Assembly (NCBI GenBank): GCA_017550025.1
Contig: JAFYLU010000072.1
Location: 1,885-65,884, forward strand
DNA from: Bacteroidales bacterium
Lineage (GTDB): Bacteria; Bacteroidota; Bacteroidia; Bacteroidales; UBA932
DNA: 64,000 bases
Reading direction: 5' to 3'
How positions within the stretch are numbered: the stretch's first letter is position 1; every line of letters begins with the position of its first letter. The notes beneath the pieces are model-generated. The model ran no database searches and had not been told where the DNA came from. It was given only the letters and a program-made list of their open reading frames with translations. Below are positions 29,271 through 40,019 of the stretch, piece after piece. The position numbers were made by a program, and so were the translations under genes.

Positions 29271-31001
29271 TTAGTTTCCGCTGAAATCGTTGAAGCTGTC
29301 GTTCTTCCAACCAACGTAAGCACTTACGTCTGCTGAAGTCATTGAGCTCTCATCATCACAACGAGTTGTCTTAGAGAAGTCGATGTTCTCACCACGACCT
29401 GTCTTCTCAACAAGGATATGGCCAGCTGCATCATCCATTGGCCAGAAATGCTGGAGACCATAGCCTGCATTTGAAATGAATGCACTATTCATTGTACGGT
29501 AAGTGTAGTTCTTGATGTAGTTCTCTCTAAGAGCTGTATTCCATACAGAAACATACCAGAGACGACCCTGGAATGCAGAACCGTTACGCCAGTTAGCACC
29601 CCATGATGAGTTGAACTCGAGAGCCTGGAATGTTGCTGGGTAACCTGCACAAGACTTCATCTTCTCCTTCTCCTCTGCAGAAAGTACATACTCGGCAACC
29701 TTCTGCTTCTCAAGGAAGAGCTGATACTTGTTGTTATCGAATCGAAGAGCAACATGATACCACTTCTTAGCCTCAAGAACTGGAGTGTAAAGCTTAACGC
29801 GGGCACCGTCTGGTCCTACGAACCACTCAAGGCTCTGCTCACCACTCTTCTCACCGATACGGAGCATGTTGATCCACTTCTCGTTTGCGTCAGCAAAGTC
29901 ACCGATACGCATCTTGTTGTCAGAGTCAAACTCATCGATGAACATGTGGAAGATATAAGTGTAACCGTTAGAAAGGCTCAAAGGCTTCTGGAACATATAC
30001 CATGTAGACATGTTATAGTCACCGAGGTAGAGTGCCGAGAAGAAGTTCGAGCTTCCCTCAATATTCTTAACGTTTACATGGATGTATGAAATGCCGCAGT
30101 CTGGTGAGAGTGTTGCATCTCCTACATTTGTAACCTTCACAGGAATGAGGTATCCGTTAGAGTCAAGAAGCTTCGCCTGATCCTCCTTAGAGATTGATAC
30201 TGTAGCCGTTGTAGATGTAGCATTCTTCTCCATTGTTGCAGCAGAGATAGAAACTGTCACATCTGAAGGAACCTGTACATAGCTTGTCCCATTCTCGGCA
30301 TTGTAAGCAGCAACAAGAGCAGGATCGTGTACGAGTGTCACATCAAATGGAAGGAATGCTTCCTCTGTACCAGAGATTGTGATAGTCTTGTTCATGTCTA
30401 CAGAGAGAGTCTCAACTGAACCGTCCTCACCGTGGTAATGCTTGAGCTCGAATGTTGAAGTTGAGCCCTTCACTGTAACCACGTTGTCAGCAGGGTTGAT
30501 TGTCTCTGTAAGAGCAGTAAGGTAAGCGGCATTAGAGTTTGAGCTGACCTTGACCACAGATGCAGATGCAATACGGAAGATTGCCTGATACTTGAGGTCA
30601 ACAAGCTTTGCAAAATCTGCATTAGCGACAGTTACATTGACAGCTACCTCCTTCTGACCGGCAGGGATAGTCACATTCTCATTGAACTTGAGGACACCTG
30701 CAGGGAAAGCAGTGCAGTCATCATCGATTGCTGCATTATCAAGAGCAAGAACAACCTCTACATCTGACTTCTGCACCTTAGTAAGGGCAACAGTCACAGT
30801 AGTGGCAAGTTCACCCATTTCTCCGATAGGAGTATGGAAGACTTCGCAAGTTGTGCCGGCATACTTCGCCTCGGTACCGTCAACGATATAGGCAAAGTCT
30901 CCTACCACACCCTTGATGTCAGCTTCCTCTTTCTGCTGGCAGGCAGCAAGACCGAGAGCGGCAGCTCCAAGAAGAAGCAAATATTTAAATGTGTTTTTCA
31001 T
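29271..31001 (-). CDS. Tandem DUF1735 + LamG-like surface glycan-binding lipoprotein
   Basis: Lipobox LAAC; LVAAYNAENGTSY and GYLIPVKVT (DUF1735); KWYHVALRFD, FQGRLWYVSVWN, LQHFWPMDD (LamG). Confidence 0.82.
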   Translation of the reverse strand: MKNTFKYLLLLGAAALGLAACQQKEEADIKGVVGDFAYIVDGTEAKYAGTTCEVFHTPIGEMGELATTVTVALTKVQKSDVEVVLALDNAAIDDDCTAFPAGVLKFNENVTIPAGQKEVAVNVTVANADFAKLVDLKYQAIFRIASASVVKVSSNSNAAYLTALTETINPADNVVTVKGSTSTFELKHYHGEDGSVETLSVDMNKTITISGTEEAFLPFDVTLVHDPALVAAYNAENGTSYVQVPSDVTVSISAATMEKNATSTTATVSISKEDQAKLLDSNGYLIPVKVTNVGDATLSPDCGISYIHVNVKNIEGSSNFFSALYLGDYNMSTWYMFQKPLSLSNGYTYIFHMFIDEFDSDNKMRIGDFADANEKWINMLRIGEKSGEQSLEWFVGPDGARVKLYTPVLEAKKWYHVALRFDNNKYQLFLEKQKVAEYVLSAEEKEKMKSCAGYPATFQALEFNSSWGANWRNGSAFQGRLWYVSVWNTALRENYIKNYTYRTMNSAFISNAGYGLQHFWPMDDAAGHILVEKTGRGENIDFSKTTRCDDESSMTSADVSAYVGWKNDSFNDFSGN

Positions 31002-31018
31002 TTCTTTTCAAAAATTAA

Positions 31019-32245
31019 TTAGTTGAGACATTTGTTCTTATCATCGAACACCCATCCTGCTTCAACATATGAAGAGTTGTCGAATGAGTTAAGTACGCCA
31101 TTCTCCTTGTTGTCACGTACAGTCTGCGACCAGTCCATATCGTAACCGTTTCCGGTTGCATCGTGGAAGATATGACCCTCACCCTCGTTCATTCTCCAGT
31201 AAGCCTTGAGGCCCTCTGCAGTAGTAGCGTCAACTGCGCAAAGACCGAGCTGAAGCTCACCGGCAGAAAGTGCGCGATCCCAAACGCGGATCTCAGCAAC
31301 ACGACCGAGGAATCTCTGCTTCTGCGGATAACCGCCACCCCATGACATACCGAGCTCGAAACGCTGGAATACATTAGAGCAGTCTGCACCAAGCTCGCTG
31401 TCAAGAACACCGTTCACATAGAACTTGAGGGCTGAACCGTCGAAAGCAAGTGAAAGAGTATACCATGTATTGACCTCGAAACGAGTCTTTGAGATGATGT
31501 TTCCGCCTGGAGACACGATCTGGAGTGAGTTGATATCCTGACCGTTCTCACCGAAACGAAGCATCATTGATCTTGACTCATCCTTTGAAGTGAATGAGCA
31601 GAGACGAGAGATAGGCTCGCTACCAGCGTGGTACTGGTGGATCATACACTTGATCTCATATGTATAGGTAGGAAGCTCCATAGCCTTCTCATCAGGGAAG
31701 ATGAAGTTAGAATACATAGAGTAGTTGCTGATGTCAAGACATGCGAAGTCCATGATTGTAGCAAGACGGATGTAAAGAGTTCTTGAAGCCTCAACTACAT
31801 CGATACCGCCACCCTTTACAGCTGTGATGGTTACAGGAACCACATAGATTCTACCGTCCTGGAAAGCATCTCTTGAAACAATGCTGAAAAGTGATGTCTC
31901 TGAAGATGTCTTGCCTTTCTCGATAACCACCTCGTTTGTAGTAAGCTTTGTCGCATTGTCAGGAAGAGCATAGTAGCTTGTCCTGTATGCCTTGTTATAT
32001 GCCTCAACAAGTGAGTTGTCGATCTTGATAGAGACTCTTACATCTTCCGAAACCGGACCAGTTGCAGAAACTGTCACAGGATATGTGGCATCTTCACCCT
32101 CAACTGCGAACTTGATCATAGGGTTGATGTCTGTACCAGTCATCACAACACCCTCCGGACTCGGCTCAAAGAAGTCTCCCTCAACGCAGCCTGCAAATGC
32201 AAAAGCACAAGCTGCAAGAATGCCGAATTTAATATATTTCATCAT
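31019..32245 (-). CDS. DUF1735 + LamG surface glycan-binding lipoprotein
   Basis: Lipobox FAGC; LVEAYNKAYRTSYYALP, IYVVPVTI; WYTLSLAFDG, FYVNG, GRVAEIRVWDRALS, LKAYWRMNEGEG. Confidence 0.88.
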   Translation of the reverse strand: MMKYIKFGILAACAFAFAGCVEGDFFEPSPEGVVMTGTDINPMIKFAVEGEDATYPVTVSATGPVSEDVRVSIKIDNSLVEAYNKAYRTSYYALPDNATKLTTNEVVIEKGKTSSETSLFSIVSRDAFQDGRIYVVPVTITAVKGGGIDVVEASRTLYIRLATIMDFACLDISNYSMYSNFIFPDEKAMELPTYTYEIKCMIHQYHAGSEPISRLCSFTSKDESRSMMLRFGENGQDINSLQIVSPGGNIISKTRFEVNTWYTLSLAFDGSALKFYVNGVLDSELGADCSNVFQRFELGMSWGGGYPQKQRFLGRVAEIRVWDRALSAGELQLGLCAVDATTAEGLKAYWRMNEGEGHIFHDATGNGYDMDWSQTVRDNKENGVLNSFDNSSYVEAGWVFDDKNKCLN

Positions 32246-32259
32246 AATACTTTTCTCCT

Positions 32260-33339
32260 TTATCTGATTGAAGGGTTAGCAACCTGGATACCCTTGCGGA
32301 ACTCGTAGTAAGGACCCTTTGTAGAGTAGTAGTTACGGTCTACGTAGAATACACCCCAACCTGCCATATTGTTTTCAGATGTATGACGGGCAAATCCCTC
32401 GAATGAGTACATCTTTGAACCGTCGGTAGTGTAAATCTGTGTTCCGCCGTTAGTCTCCTTCCACAATCCACCACCGTTGAGAGCGTAGTCAGTCTGACCT
32501 CCCTGCTCGCAACAGATGATCTTCTCTGCAGGAATTCCTGCATTGACACCACGAGTTGTATAGAAGTTCTTAAGATTTGCAACAGAGCAACCGATCTGCG
32601 GAGTATAGCACTGGATCACGAGATAATCGATATACTCATTAACCTCTGCAGGTGGAATATCGCTGAAAAGGTCGAGGATGATGAGCTTGCCAGGAAGATT
32701 CTTACGGAGATACGCCATGAGGTCAACAAGCACCTGCTTGTCTTTCCATACTGCAGGCTGTGGCTCCCAGTCAACATCGACACCGTCAAGACCAGCCTCA
32801 TTGACCTTATCGATCATGATCTTGGCATGGTTGTGAAGTGCCTCACGGAATGCTTCTTCTGTACCTGTACCGGCCTTCCACTGGTTGTAGAGGTCCTGGA
32901 TGTTGAGAGTGTCGCCCTTATAGACAACGTCTCTTGTTGTAGCTGCGTCACCATGGAGAACGAATCTTGTTCCGAGCTTCTCCTGTGCGTATTTCATGTC
33001 AGCATAAGCTACAGGAGCATAGCTTTCGCTTTCAGGGTTAGGGCTTGGATAACCCATCCAGAGGTTACAGATATCAAGGCTGTCTGGAAGACCCATGATA
33101 CGCTCACCCCATGATGCCGGATCCTTGTATCCTGTAAGTCCTTCGAGCGGTGCCCATGCAGCATAGTATACATACGACATGGTATGCTTGCTCTTCTTAT
33201 ACTCACGGAGATTCTCGAAGTACTGCTCATCATAAGTGTAAGGCTTCTGAATCACAATAGCTTCCTCCTTGAGACAGCTGCTGATCGCAGCAACTGCGAG
33301 TGCCGAAGCAAATATGAATTTTATCTTGTTCATTGTCAT
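32260..33339 (-). CDS. GH18 endo-beta-N-acetylglucosaminidase lipoprotein
   Basis: Lipobox ISSC; YFENLREYKKSKH, LPDSLDICNLW, intact catalytic motif GLDGVDVDWEP. Confidence 0.9.
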   Translation of the reverse strand: MTMNKIKFIFASALAVAAISSCLKEEAIVIQKPYTYDEQYFENLREYKKSKHTMSYVYYAAWAPLEGLTGYKDPASWGERIMGLPDSLDICNLWMGYPSPNPESESYAPVAYADMKYAQEKLGTRFVLHGDAATTRDVVYKGDTLNIQDLYNQWKAGTGTEEAFREALHNHAKIMIDKVNEAGLDGVDVDWEPQPAVWKDKQVLVDLMAYLRKNLPGKLIILDLFSDIPPAEVNEYIDYLVIQCYTPQIGCSVANLKNFYTTRGVNAGIPAEKIICCEQGGQTDYALNGGGLWKETNGGTQIYTTDGSKMYSFEGFARHTSENNMAGWGVFYVDRNYYSTKGPYYEFRKGIQVANPSIR

Positions 33340-33345
33340 TTCTTA

Positions 33346-34947
33346 TTAACGAGGTTTCTTGTCCCACCAAAGTTTTGTACCTACGTTGTCTGCACCGCCA
33401 AGCTTTGCAACTCCAGATGCAACACCGGAAGCATTTGTCGAGTACTCATCGTGTGGATAAGGTACGCGGCGGATCTGAAGGTCAGAACCTACAGCACCTT
33501 CGCTGTCATTGTTCATAACCGGGAAGAGAGCAGGATATCCTGTACGACGGTACTCTGCCCATGCTTCACATCCGTTAGGATACATAGCGATCCACTTCTG
33601 TGTGATGATACGCTCAAGGTTGGTCTCTGTGTCAGCAGCAGCATCCCATGCAATTGTGATAGAACTCTTTGCAGCAGCGTTTCCACCGTTGTTTGTAGCG
33701 TCTACGAAAGCTGCAGGAGTTGCAGTCGAGTTAGCAAGATATGAATCTGCGCTGCCTGCGCCAGTCTCCTCGAAAGAAAGTCTTACACCCTGCTCATAGA
33801 AAGTCTTGGCGTCACCGCCCATGTTCCATCCGCGAAGAGCACCCTCTGCACGAAGGAATGCAACCTCTGAAGCAGCAAGCCATACAAGCTCTGTGTTCTC
33901 TGTGTTAGGAGCAGAAACATTACCTGTAGCATTTCTGTAAGGATTCCAGTTAGATGTGTGGATACCGTTTCTTACACCATGGTAGCCTCCCTTGCCAGCT
34001 TCCTTGAAGTACTTAGGAAGACGTGGGTCAGAATAACCGTTAAGATATGAATCCATTGATGCACCCATCTGTGTATCACCGTCGTTGAAGCCGTTGATTG
34101 TAGTTACAGGGTGAGTGTAGATTTCATATGACTTGTTGATCTTTGCACCATCAGCAGCAGCAACGATTACACCTGTCATGTCAGCTACAGACTTCTCTGC
34201 CTGTACCTTTGCAAGAGCAGGATCAGCATAAACTACGCGCATTGCAAGGCGAAGACGGAGTGAGTTTGCAAATCTGATCCACTTTGTTACATCACCGCCA
34301 TAGACTACGTCATAGTCAGCAAGAAGAGCGCTGCCTGGGTTAGCATTCTTGAAATCATTGAGAACGTCGATTGCAGAACCGAGTTCCTCGAAGAATGCGT
34401 TATAGATATCCTCCTGTGAGTCATATGCTACATTCATGTCAGCACCGATCATAGAATAAGGAATCGGACCATAATAGTCAGTAACCCTGTGAAGGATAGC
34501 AACCTTCACGATGTCTGCGAGAGCAAGGATGTGCTCCTGCTCTGCAGCTGCCTGAACGAGCTGTACATAAGCTGAAACACCCTTTGTATAAGAGAATGAG
34601 AACATTGCTCTTCTCCAAGACTCTGTCATGAAGTAGCTACCGCAATGTGTTCCGTTGTTTGAGCTGATTGTAGGAGCAAGATAACCTGCATAAGAGTCAG
34701 CAAGGAGGTTGTAAGCGATCTGATAGTCAGAGTCAAGGTTTACACCATCGTTGTACACATATACAGTCTTGAGCATCTGAGAGAAGAAAGATCCGGTCTT
34801 GAGACCGTCACGATCCATCTGCTCCTGGGTTGCCTCGTGCTGGTTAGTATTGAAATACTCGTAGTTCTTTGTACAAGAAGTCAGCAAGGCGCTGAAGCAA
34901 ACTGCCACAGCAAGACCCTTAAAAATATTTTTCATATTGTTAGTCAT
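33346..34947 (-). CDS. susD: SusD/RagB-family lipoprotein
   Basis: Lipobox LTSC; TDYYGPIPYS, KWIRFANSLRLRLAMR, IITQKWIAMYP, EAWAEYRRTGYP, KLWWD. Confidence 0.95.
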   Translation of the reverse strand: MTNNMKNIFKGLAVAVCFSALLTSCTKNYEYFNTNQHEATQEQMDRDGLKTGSFFSQMLKTVYVYNDGVNLDSDYQIAYNLLADSYAGYLAPTISSNNGTHCGSYFMTESWRRAMFSFSYTKGVSAYVQLVQAAAEQEHILALADIVKVAILHRVTDYYGPIPYSMIGADMNVAYDSQEDIYNAFFEELGSAIDVLNDFKNANPGSALLADYDVVYGGDVTKWIRFANSLRLRLAMRVVYADPALAKVQAEKSVADMTGVIVAAADGAKINKSYEIYTHPVTTINGFNDGDTQMGASMDSYLNGYSDPRLPKYFKEAGKGGYHGVRNGIHTSNWNPYRNATGNVSAPNTENTELVWLAASEVAFLRAEGALRGWNMGGDAKTFYEQGVRLSFEETGAGSADSYLANSTATPAAFVDATNNGGNAAAKSSITIAWDAAADTETNLERIITQKWIAMYPNGCEAWAEYRRTGYPALFPVMNNDSEGAVGSDLQIRRVPYPHDEYSTNASGVASGVAKLGGADNVGTKLWWDKKPR

Positions 34948-34961
34948 AACTTTTGCGGCAA

Positions 34962-37900
34962 TTAGAATTTAAGTTTCACTGAGAATCCAAGGTTACGAGT
35001 GCTTGGCTGCATGAAGTAGTCAACACCCATACCGTATGTGCCTGTAGAAGCTGTCATCTCCGGATCGAATGGAGCGTTCATGTAGATCATAGCGAGGTTG
35101 TGAGCCACGAATGATACATTGAGGCCCTTGAGCCACTTGCACCAGTTCTGTACAGGGAAGTTGTAGCCGAATGAGAGTTCAGCAAGGCGTACGTTAGTAG
35201 CATCGTAAACATACTGTGAAAGAACACCGCTACCTGCACCGATAGTCTGGTAGTATTCCTTTGCAGGGATGAGCTTTCCGTTCACGAGAGCACCACCGTT
35301 GTCACGTGCGTCAGCAGTTGCCTGTGAGATACCGTAGTAGTCCATGACTGCCTGGGTCTTTGAAACAACCACACCACCGAGTCTTGCGTTGAAGAGGAAG
35401 TTGAAGTTGAAGCCCTTGTAGTTGAACTCGTTACCCCAGCTGAGCATGTGCTTTGGAGCTGTGTCACCAGCATATACATAGTTGTTGTAGTCTGCTGTAA
35501 CAGTCTGGTTGGAAGGATGCACATAGATTGCACCGTGCTCGTCAGTCTTGAGTGAAGTCACATAGATGTCACCCATTGAACCGCCTTCCTTAAGGATTGT
35601 CTTCATACCAGCCATTCCGCCAAGCTCAAGCTTCTCAAGAGGGAGAGAAACGATCTTGTTCTCATTGTGAGAGTAAGTCATGTAAGTTCTCCAGTTGAAG
35701 CCGTTAGCGAAAGTCTGATCCCAGCTTGCAGCGAGCTCGATACCCTGGTTGTTAACCTGACCGGCGTTGATGATCTCTGATGAGTAACCTGTTGCAGTTG
35801 AAAGGGTATTCTCGAAGAACTGGTTATAAGTACGTGACTGATAGTAAGTAGCGTCGATCTTGAGTCTGTTGTTGAACCAGTAAGTGTTCAAACCGATCTC
35901 CCATGACTTTGTGCGCTCTGGCTGGAGGTCTGCGTTAGGTCTTCTGGTTGCAATGTTAACATTACCCATTGTGATCTGGTAAGTAGGGTTTGTAAGGAAT
36001 GGTTCAGGATCGTTACCCACCTCTGAATATGAAAGACGAGCCTTCATGTAGCTGAGGACATTACCCTTGAGACCAGGGAAGATCTCTGTGAAGATTCCTG
36101 AAAGACCTACTGTAGGATAGAAGAATGAAGAGTAGTTAGAGAAAGCAAATGTTGAAGGCCAGTCGTTACGAGCTGTTACATCGAGGTAAACCATGCTCTT
36201 CCAGCCGAGCTGAACGTTTGCGAATACTGCCTGCTTCATGATCTTGTATCCGGATGCATCAATTACAGTCTGCGGGTTGTTCTTGTCGATGTTTGCAAGC
36301 GAGAATACGTTTGCAACTGATGAGAAACCACCCTCGATGCTCTGATCCGAGAAGTTTGTATATTCCATGTTGGCACCAAGCATTGCAGTGAGAGAAAGCT
36401 GGTTGTCAAGGAAATACTTGTTGATGTTCAAGAGAGCCTCTGCGAAGATCTGTGTGTTCTCAAGGTCACGCTTTGCATAAGAACCATACTTGCTGTTTCT
36501 TGCAAGGAGCTCGAGAGTCGAAGCAGAGAACTTCTTCTCATGTGTCTCGATGTTCTTGTCGATCTTTGCACGACCTGAAATGTTGATCCAAGGAGCGATC
36601 TCATACTTGAGCTGAGCCGATCCCATGACACGGGTCTTGTTGTTCACGAACTTCTGACGGTCAGTGATCCAGTAAGGGTTCTGCATAGTGAGGTCATTCT
36701 CATATGGCCAGTACTGGGTCTTGAAGTTACGCTCTGCGTTGAAACGCTCGTAAATCTTGATACGCTCGAAGTCGTCTGCTGCAGGGAAGAGGTAAACAGG
36801 AAGAACAGGGTTAGAATACTGTCCCTGTGAGATCATGTTCTGCTCTCTGATGTGCGAGTAAGTTGCGCTCAGGTCGAGAGTCATCTTGTCATCGAGGAAC
36901 TTCGAAGTATTGCGGATAGAGAAGTTGTAACGGTCGAAATCGTTGTTGCGAACGATACCCTCGGCATTTGTAGCTGCCATTGAGAAGTATGTCTGGTTCT
37001 TCTCTGTACCTGTAGAGATGCTGAGTGAGTTGGTAGTGTTGTAACCTGTCTGGAAGAAATCTCTTGGATTGTAAGCAGCAGGAGCACCAAGCTTCTCACC
37101 CCAGCTCTGGTACGAACCGGCCTCTGTAGTTCCATAAGTGTTCTGGAAACGAGGCATGATGTACGCATTCGAGAATGAAGTGCTGTTTGAGTAATTCAAA
37201 GAGAAGTCATCCTTTGAACCCTTCTTTGTTGTAATGATAACCACACCGTTTGCAGCTGAAGAACCGTAAAGCGCTGCTGCTGAAGGACCTGAAAGCACTG
37301 AAATGCTCTCGATGTCATCAGGGTTGATTGCAGCAAGACCGTCACCAGTCTGACCTGCACCGGCAAATACGCCCTCTGGCTGATCACCTGAAAGAGATGG
37401 CATTGGAATACCGTCGATCACATAAAGTGCGTTATTGTTACCAGAGATAGACTTGGTACCACGCATAACGACACGGCTGGCTCCACCGATACCTGTTGAA
37501 GATGTGTTGATTGTCACACCGGCAACCTTACCGTTGAGGGAGTTTACAAATGAACCGACAGGAGTTACATTCTCAAGCTTTGTCTCCTGGACATTGTAAG
37601 AAAGGGATTTCTCTGACTTCGAGATACCCATGGCTGTCACTACAGTCGCCTCGAGTGCGTCAAACTCTGTAGAGAGTGTTGCATTCACCACTGTGCGTCC
37701 GTTGATCTGTTCTACCTGATCTTTCATGCCGATGAAAGAGAAAATCAAGGCAGTCGTTCCTTCTGGCACTGTGATGGCATACTTACCGTCAAGGTCAGTT
37801 GTTGTTCCGACTGATGAGTTTCCTTCTACAAAGACACTTGCACCGATCAGTGGCTCTCCGGATTCATCGGTTACAGTACCGGAGATTGCAGCCCCCGATT

Positions 37901-37988
37901 GCGCATAACCGATTCCAGCGAAGAGGAAGAGGCCAGCCATTGTCATGAAAAGACAAGCCAGACCTTTCATCATAGAGTGTTTACTCAT
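34962..37988 (-). CDS. susC: SusC/RagA TonB-dependent transporter
   Basis: ISGTVTDESGEPLIGASV, VVTAMGI, LYVIDGIP, INPDDIESISVLSGPSAAALYGSSAANGVVIITTKKG, terminal LKF. Confidence 0.97.
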   Translation of the reverse strand: MSKHSMMKGLACLFMTMAGLFLFAGIGYAQSGAAISGTVTDESGEPLIGASVFVEGNSSVGTTTDLDGKYAITVPEGTTALIFSFIGMKDQVEQINGRTVVNATLSTEFDALEATVVTAMGISKSEKSLSYNVQETKLENVTPVGSFVNSLNGKVAGVTINTSSTGIGGASRVVMRGTKSISGNNNALYVIDGIPMPSLSGDQPEGVFAGAGQTGDGLAAINPDDIESISVLSGPSAAALYGSSAANGVVIITTKKGSKDDFSLNYSNSTSFSNAYIMPRFQNTYGTTEAGSYQSWGEKLGAPAAYNPRDFFQTGYNTTNSLSISTGTEKNQTYFSMAATNAEGIVRNNDFDRYNFSIRNTSKFLDDKMTLDLSATYSHIREQNMISQGQYSNPVLPVYLFPAADDFERIKIYERFNAERNFKTQYWPYENDLTMQNPYWITDRQKFVNNKTRVMGSAQLKYEIAPWINISGRAKIDKNIETHEKKFSASTLELLARNSKYGSYAKRDLENTQIFAEALLNINKYFLDNQLSLTAMLGANMEYTNFSDQSIEGGFSSVANVFSLANIDKNNPQTVIDASGYKIMKQAVFANVQLGWKSMVYLDVTARNDWPSTFAFSNYSSFFYPTVGLSGIFTEIFPGLKGNVLSYMKARLSYSEVGNDPEPFLTNPTYQITMGNVNIATRRPNADLQPERTKSWEIGLNTYWFNNRLKIDATYYQSRTYNQFFENTLSTATGYSSEIINAGQVNNQGIELAASWDQTFANGFNWRTYMTYSHNENKIVSLPLEKLELGGMAGMKTILKEGGSMGDIYVTSLKTDEHGAIYVHPSNQTVTADYNNYVYAGDTAPKHMLSWGNEFNYKGFNFNFLFNARLGGVVVSKTQAVMDYYGISQATADARDNGGALVNGKLIPAKEYYQTIGAGSGVLSQYVYDATNVRLAELSFGYNFPVQNWCKWLKGLNVSFVAHNLAMIYMNAPFDPEMTASTGTYGMGVDYFMQPSTRNLGFSVKLKF

Positions 37989-38076
37989 AATTTGGAAAAG
38001 TGTTATTGGTTAATTAATATGATATAAGGTTATAATTGTTTCAACGTATATACGGAATACGCCAATATATCAGAGC

Positions 38077-38084
38077 CAAAGATA
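38077..38084 (-). promoter_or_regulatory. -7 promoter box for cassette B susC
   Basis: TATCTTTG on the minus strand about 88 nt before ATG 37988. Confidence 0.7.
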
Positions 38085-38101
38085 TGACAAAAATTCTAAA
38101 C

Positions 38102-38116
38102 CTAAAACGATTTAGC
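38102..38116. promoter_or_regulatory. Candidate LacI operator over the -33 region of the susC promoter
   Basis: CTAAAACGATTTAGC, near-perfect palindrome with central CG, 17 nt upstream of the -7 box. Confidence 0.6.
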
Positions 38117-38190
38117 AAAGTTTAGCATTATAAATTTGGCCTTTTTAGCAGAAAAATATAATTATATCAGCAATAAATTATGATTTTCTG

Positions 38191-39990
38191 TTATTCAACA
38201 ATCGAAAATTCCGAATATCCGTAAGTGTCGCTTGCCTGGCCGGCAGCACCTGCAGACACCTCTGTGCGTACAGGAACAAGACGGAGAACCTTCGCCTGAA
38301 GCGGCTCGTCAAAGATGACTTCGCGTTCTGTAGGGTTGTTGATGATGTTCTCGAACATCTTGTCATCATACACCTTTATCCATGATGTTCCGTCAGCGCT
38401 TACCTCAAGGTCATATGTCACGATACATCCACCCTCACCTTTATATATAGGTGCATAAGTGAATCCCTTTACAGTCTTCACCTCTCCAAGATCGAGAACG
38501 AGAGGTTCTGCAACAGGTCTGATCTCTCCGACAGGGATGTTTGCCTTCTCGTCACTTTCATAGATGTTATCCATATAAAGGGCAAATCCGTTGATGAGAG
38601 GACATGCGAGAGACTCCTCGATGTTCACGCGTACAGCGACAGCAGTAGTGACAGGAGTATGAACGATTCTCTTGTAACCGATTGTTGTCTCGTTTGCGAT
38701 GGTCTTCCACTGTCCATCCTCTCCGAGAGCCTCGATGCTGAATGCGGAAACTCTCTGTCCGAGCGGGATGTACTCCTGGATCTGTACGCGGTTGAATGTG
38801 CGGGCTTCCGGAAGATTGATAACGAATGAAGCGGCACGAACATCGTCGTCAGTCGCCCAATATCTGTCATAGTCAGCATCAAGGATATTGGATGCAGCAT
38901 ATTTCTTCGAACCGCCACGGACGCAGCATGCCTCTGCCTTCGCACCCTCTGCAAGATCTGTAGAGAAAATCTCGTCGATTGCGGCACGGAGCTCCATAAG
39001 GCGTACAGAGTCCACTTCGTGGAGATGACCGCGCTTGTCGGCAGGTACATTAAGAAGAAGAAGCGAGTTACGGCCTACGCTCTCGTAGTAGATCTTGAGA
39101 AGCTGCTGCACTGACTTCACCTTATCGTTCTCCGACTCTCTCCAGAACCAGCCCGGTCTGATGGATACGTCTGTTTCTGCAGCAACCCATTTCTCACCGT
39201 CAGCATTACCAACATTGAGCATATCGCAGTCGATAGGAGTGCTTGGAGTATGCTCTCCGACATTCATAGTACCCCAGCATGTGCGACCTGCGCTGCCATA
39301 TTCGTTTCCGACCCAGCGGCATCCCGGACCTACATTTGAGAAGATGATTGCATCAGGCTGCCTCTTATATACTGTCGAATAGAACTTCGGCCAGTCATAA
39401 ACCTGCTTCTTGCCGTTAGGACCTTCGCCGCATGCTCCGTCAAACCACTGCTCGAACACCTCGCCGTAGCTTCCGAGCGCATGCTCAAGAGTCTGGGCAA
39501 ACACATCGTTATATGCATCTGTACCATAATGCGGATCATTCTGATCCCATGGAGATATGTAGATACCGAATTCAAGGCCATATTCCTTACAAGCCTCAGA
39601 AAGTTCCTTAAGCACATCACCCTTTCCGTCTCTCCAGCTGCTCTGCGCCACAGTATGCTGACATACAGGGTTAGGCCAGAGGCAGAAACCGTCATGATGT
39701 TTTGCAGTAATGATAATTCCCTTCATTCCCGCAGCCTTTGCAGTGGCAGCCCACTGACGGCAGTCAAGATCTGAAGGATTGAAGGTGTCGGCAATCTCCT
39801 TACCGTTTCCCCACTCCGCACCTGTGAATGTGTTAGGGCCGAAGTGAACGAAGAGATTGTACTCCATCTTCTGCCACTCAACCTGTGCATCTGAAGGCAG
39901 TGCGCCATAAGGCTGCGGTGCCTCAACTGTCGAACAGGCTGCAATCGCTGCCAGAGAAAGGCAGCCAAGCAATGTCTTTTTCATTTTCAT
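38191..39990 (-). CDS. GH29 alpha-L-fucosidase with F5/8 (CBM32-like) domains
   Basis: FVHFGPNTF, ITAKHHDGFCLW, YISPWD, EQWFDGACGEG, RWVGNE, DVSIRPGWF, SVGRNSLLLLNVP, QEYIPLGQRV; lipobox IAAC. Confidence 0.94.
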   Translation of the reverse strand: MKMKKTLLGCLSLAAIAACSTVEAPQPYGALPSDAQVEWQKMEYNLFVHFGPNTFTGAEWGNGKEIADTFNPSDLDCRQWAATAKAAGMKGIIITAKHHDGFCLWPNPVCQHTVAQSSWRDGKGDVLKELSEACKEYGLEFGIYISPWDQNDPHYGTDAYNDVFAQTLEHALGSYGEVFEQWFDGACGEGPNGKKQVYDWPKFYSTVYKRQPDAIIFSNVGPGCRWVGNEYGSAGRTCWGTMNVGEHTPSTPIDCDMLNVGNADGEKWVAAETDVSIRPGWFWRESENDKVKSVQQLLKIYYESVGRNSLLLLNVPADKRGHLHEVDSVRLMELRAAIDEIFSTDLAEGAKAEACCVRGGSKKYAASNILDADYDRYWATDDDVRAASFVINLPEARTFNRVQIQEYIPLGQRVSAFSIEALGEDGQWKTIANETTIGYKRIVHTPVTTAVAVRVNIEESLACPLINGFALYMDNIYESDEKANIPVGEIRPVAEPLVLDLGEVKTVKGFTYAPIYKGEGGCIVTYDLEVSADGTSWIKVYDDKMFENIINNPTEREVIFDEPLQAKVLRLVPVRTEVSAGAAGQASDTYGYSEFSIVE

Positions 39991-40019
39991 AGTGTGAAAT
40001 TATGTTTGGTGTTAAAATA

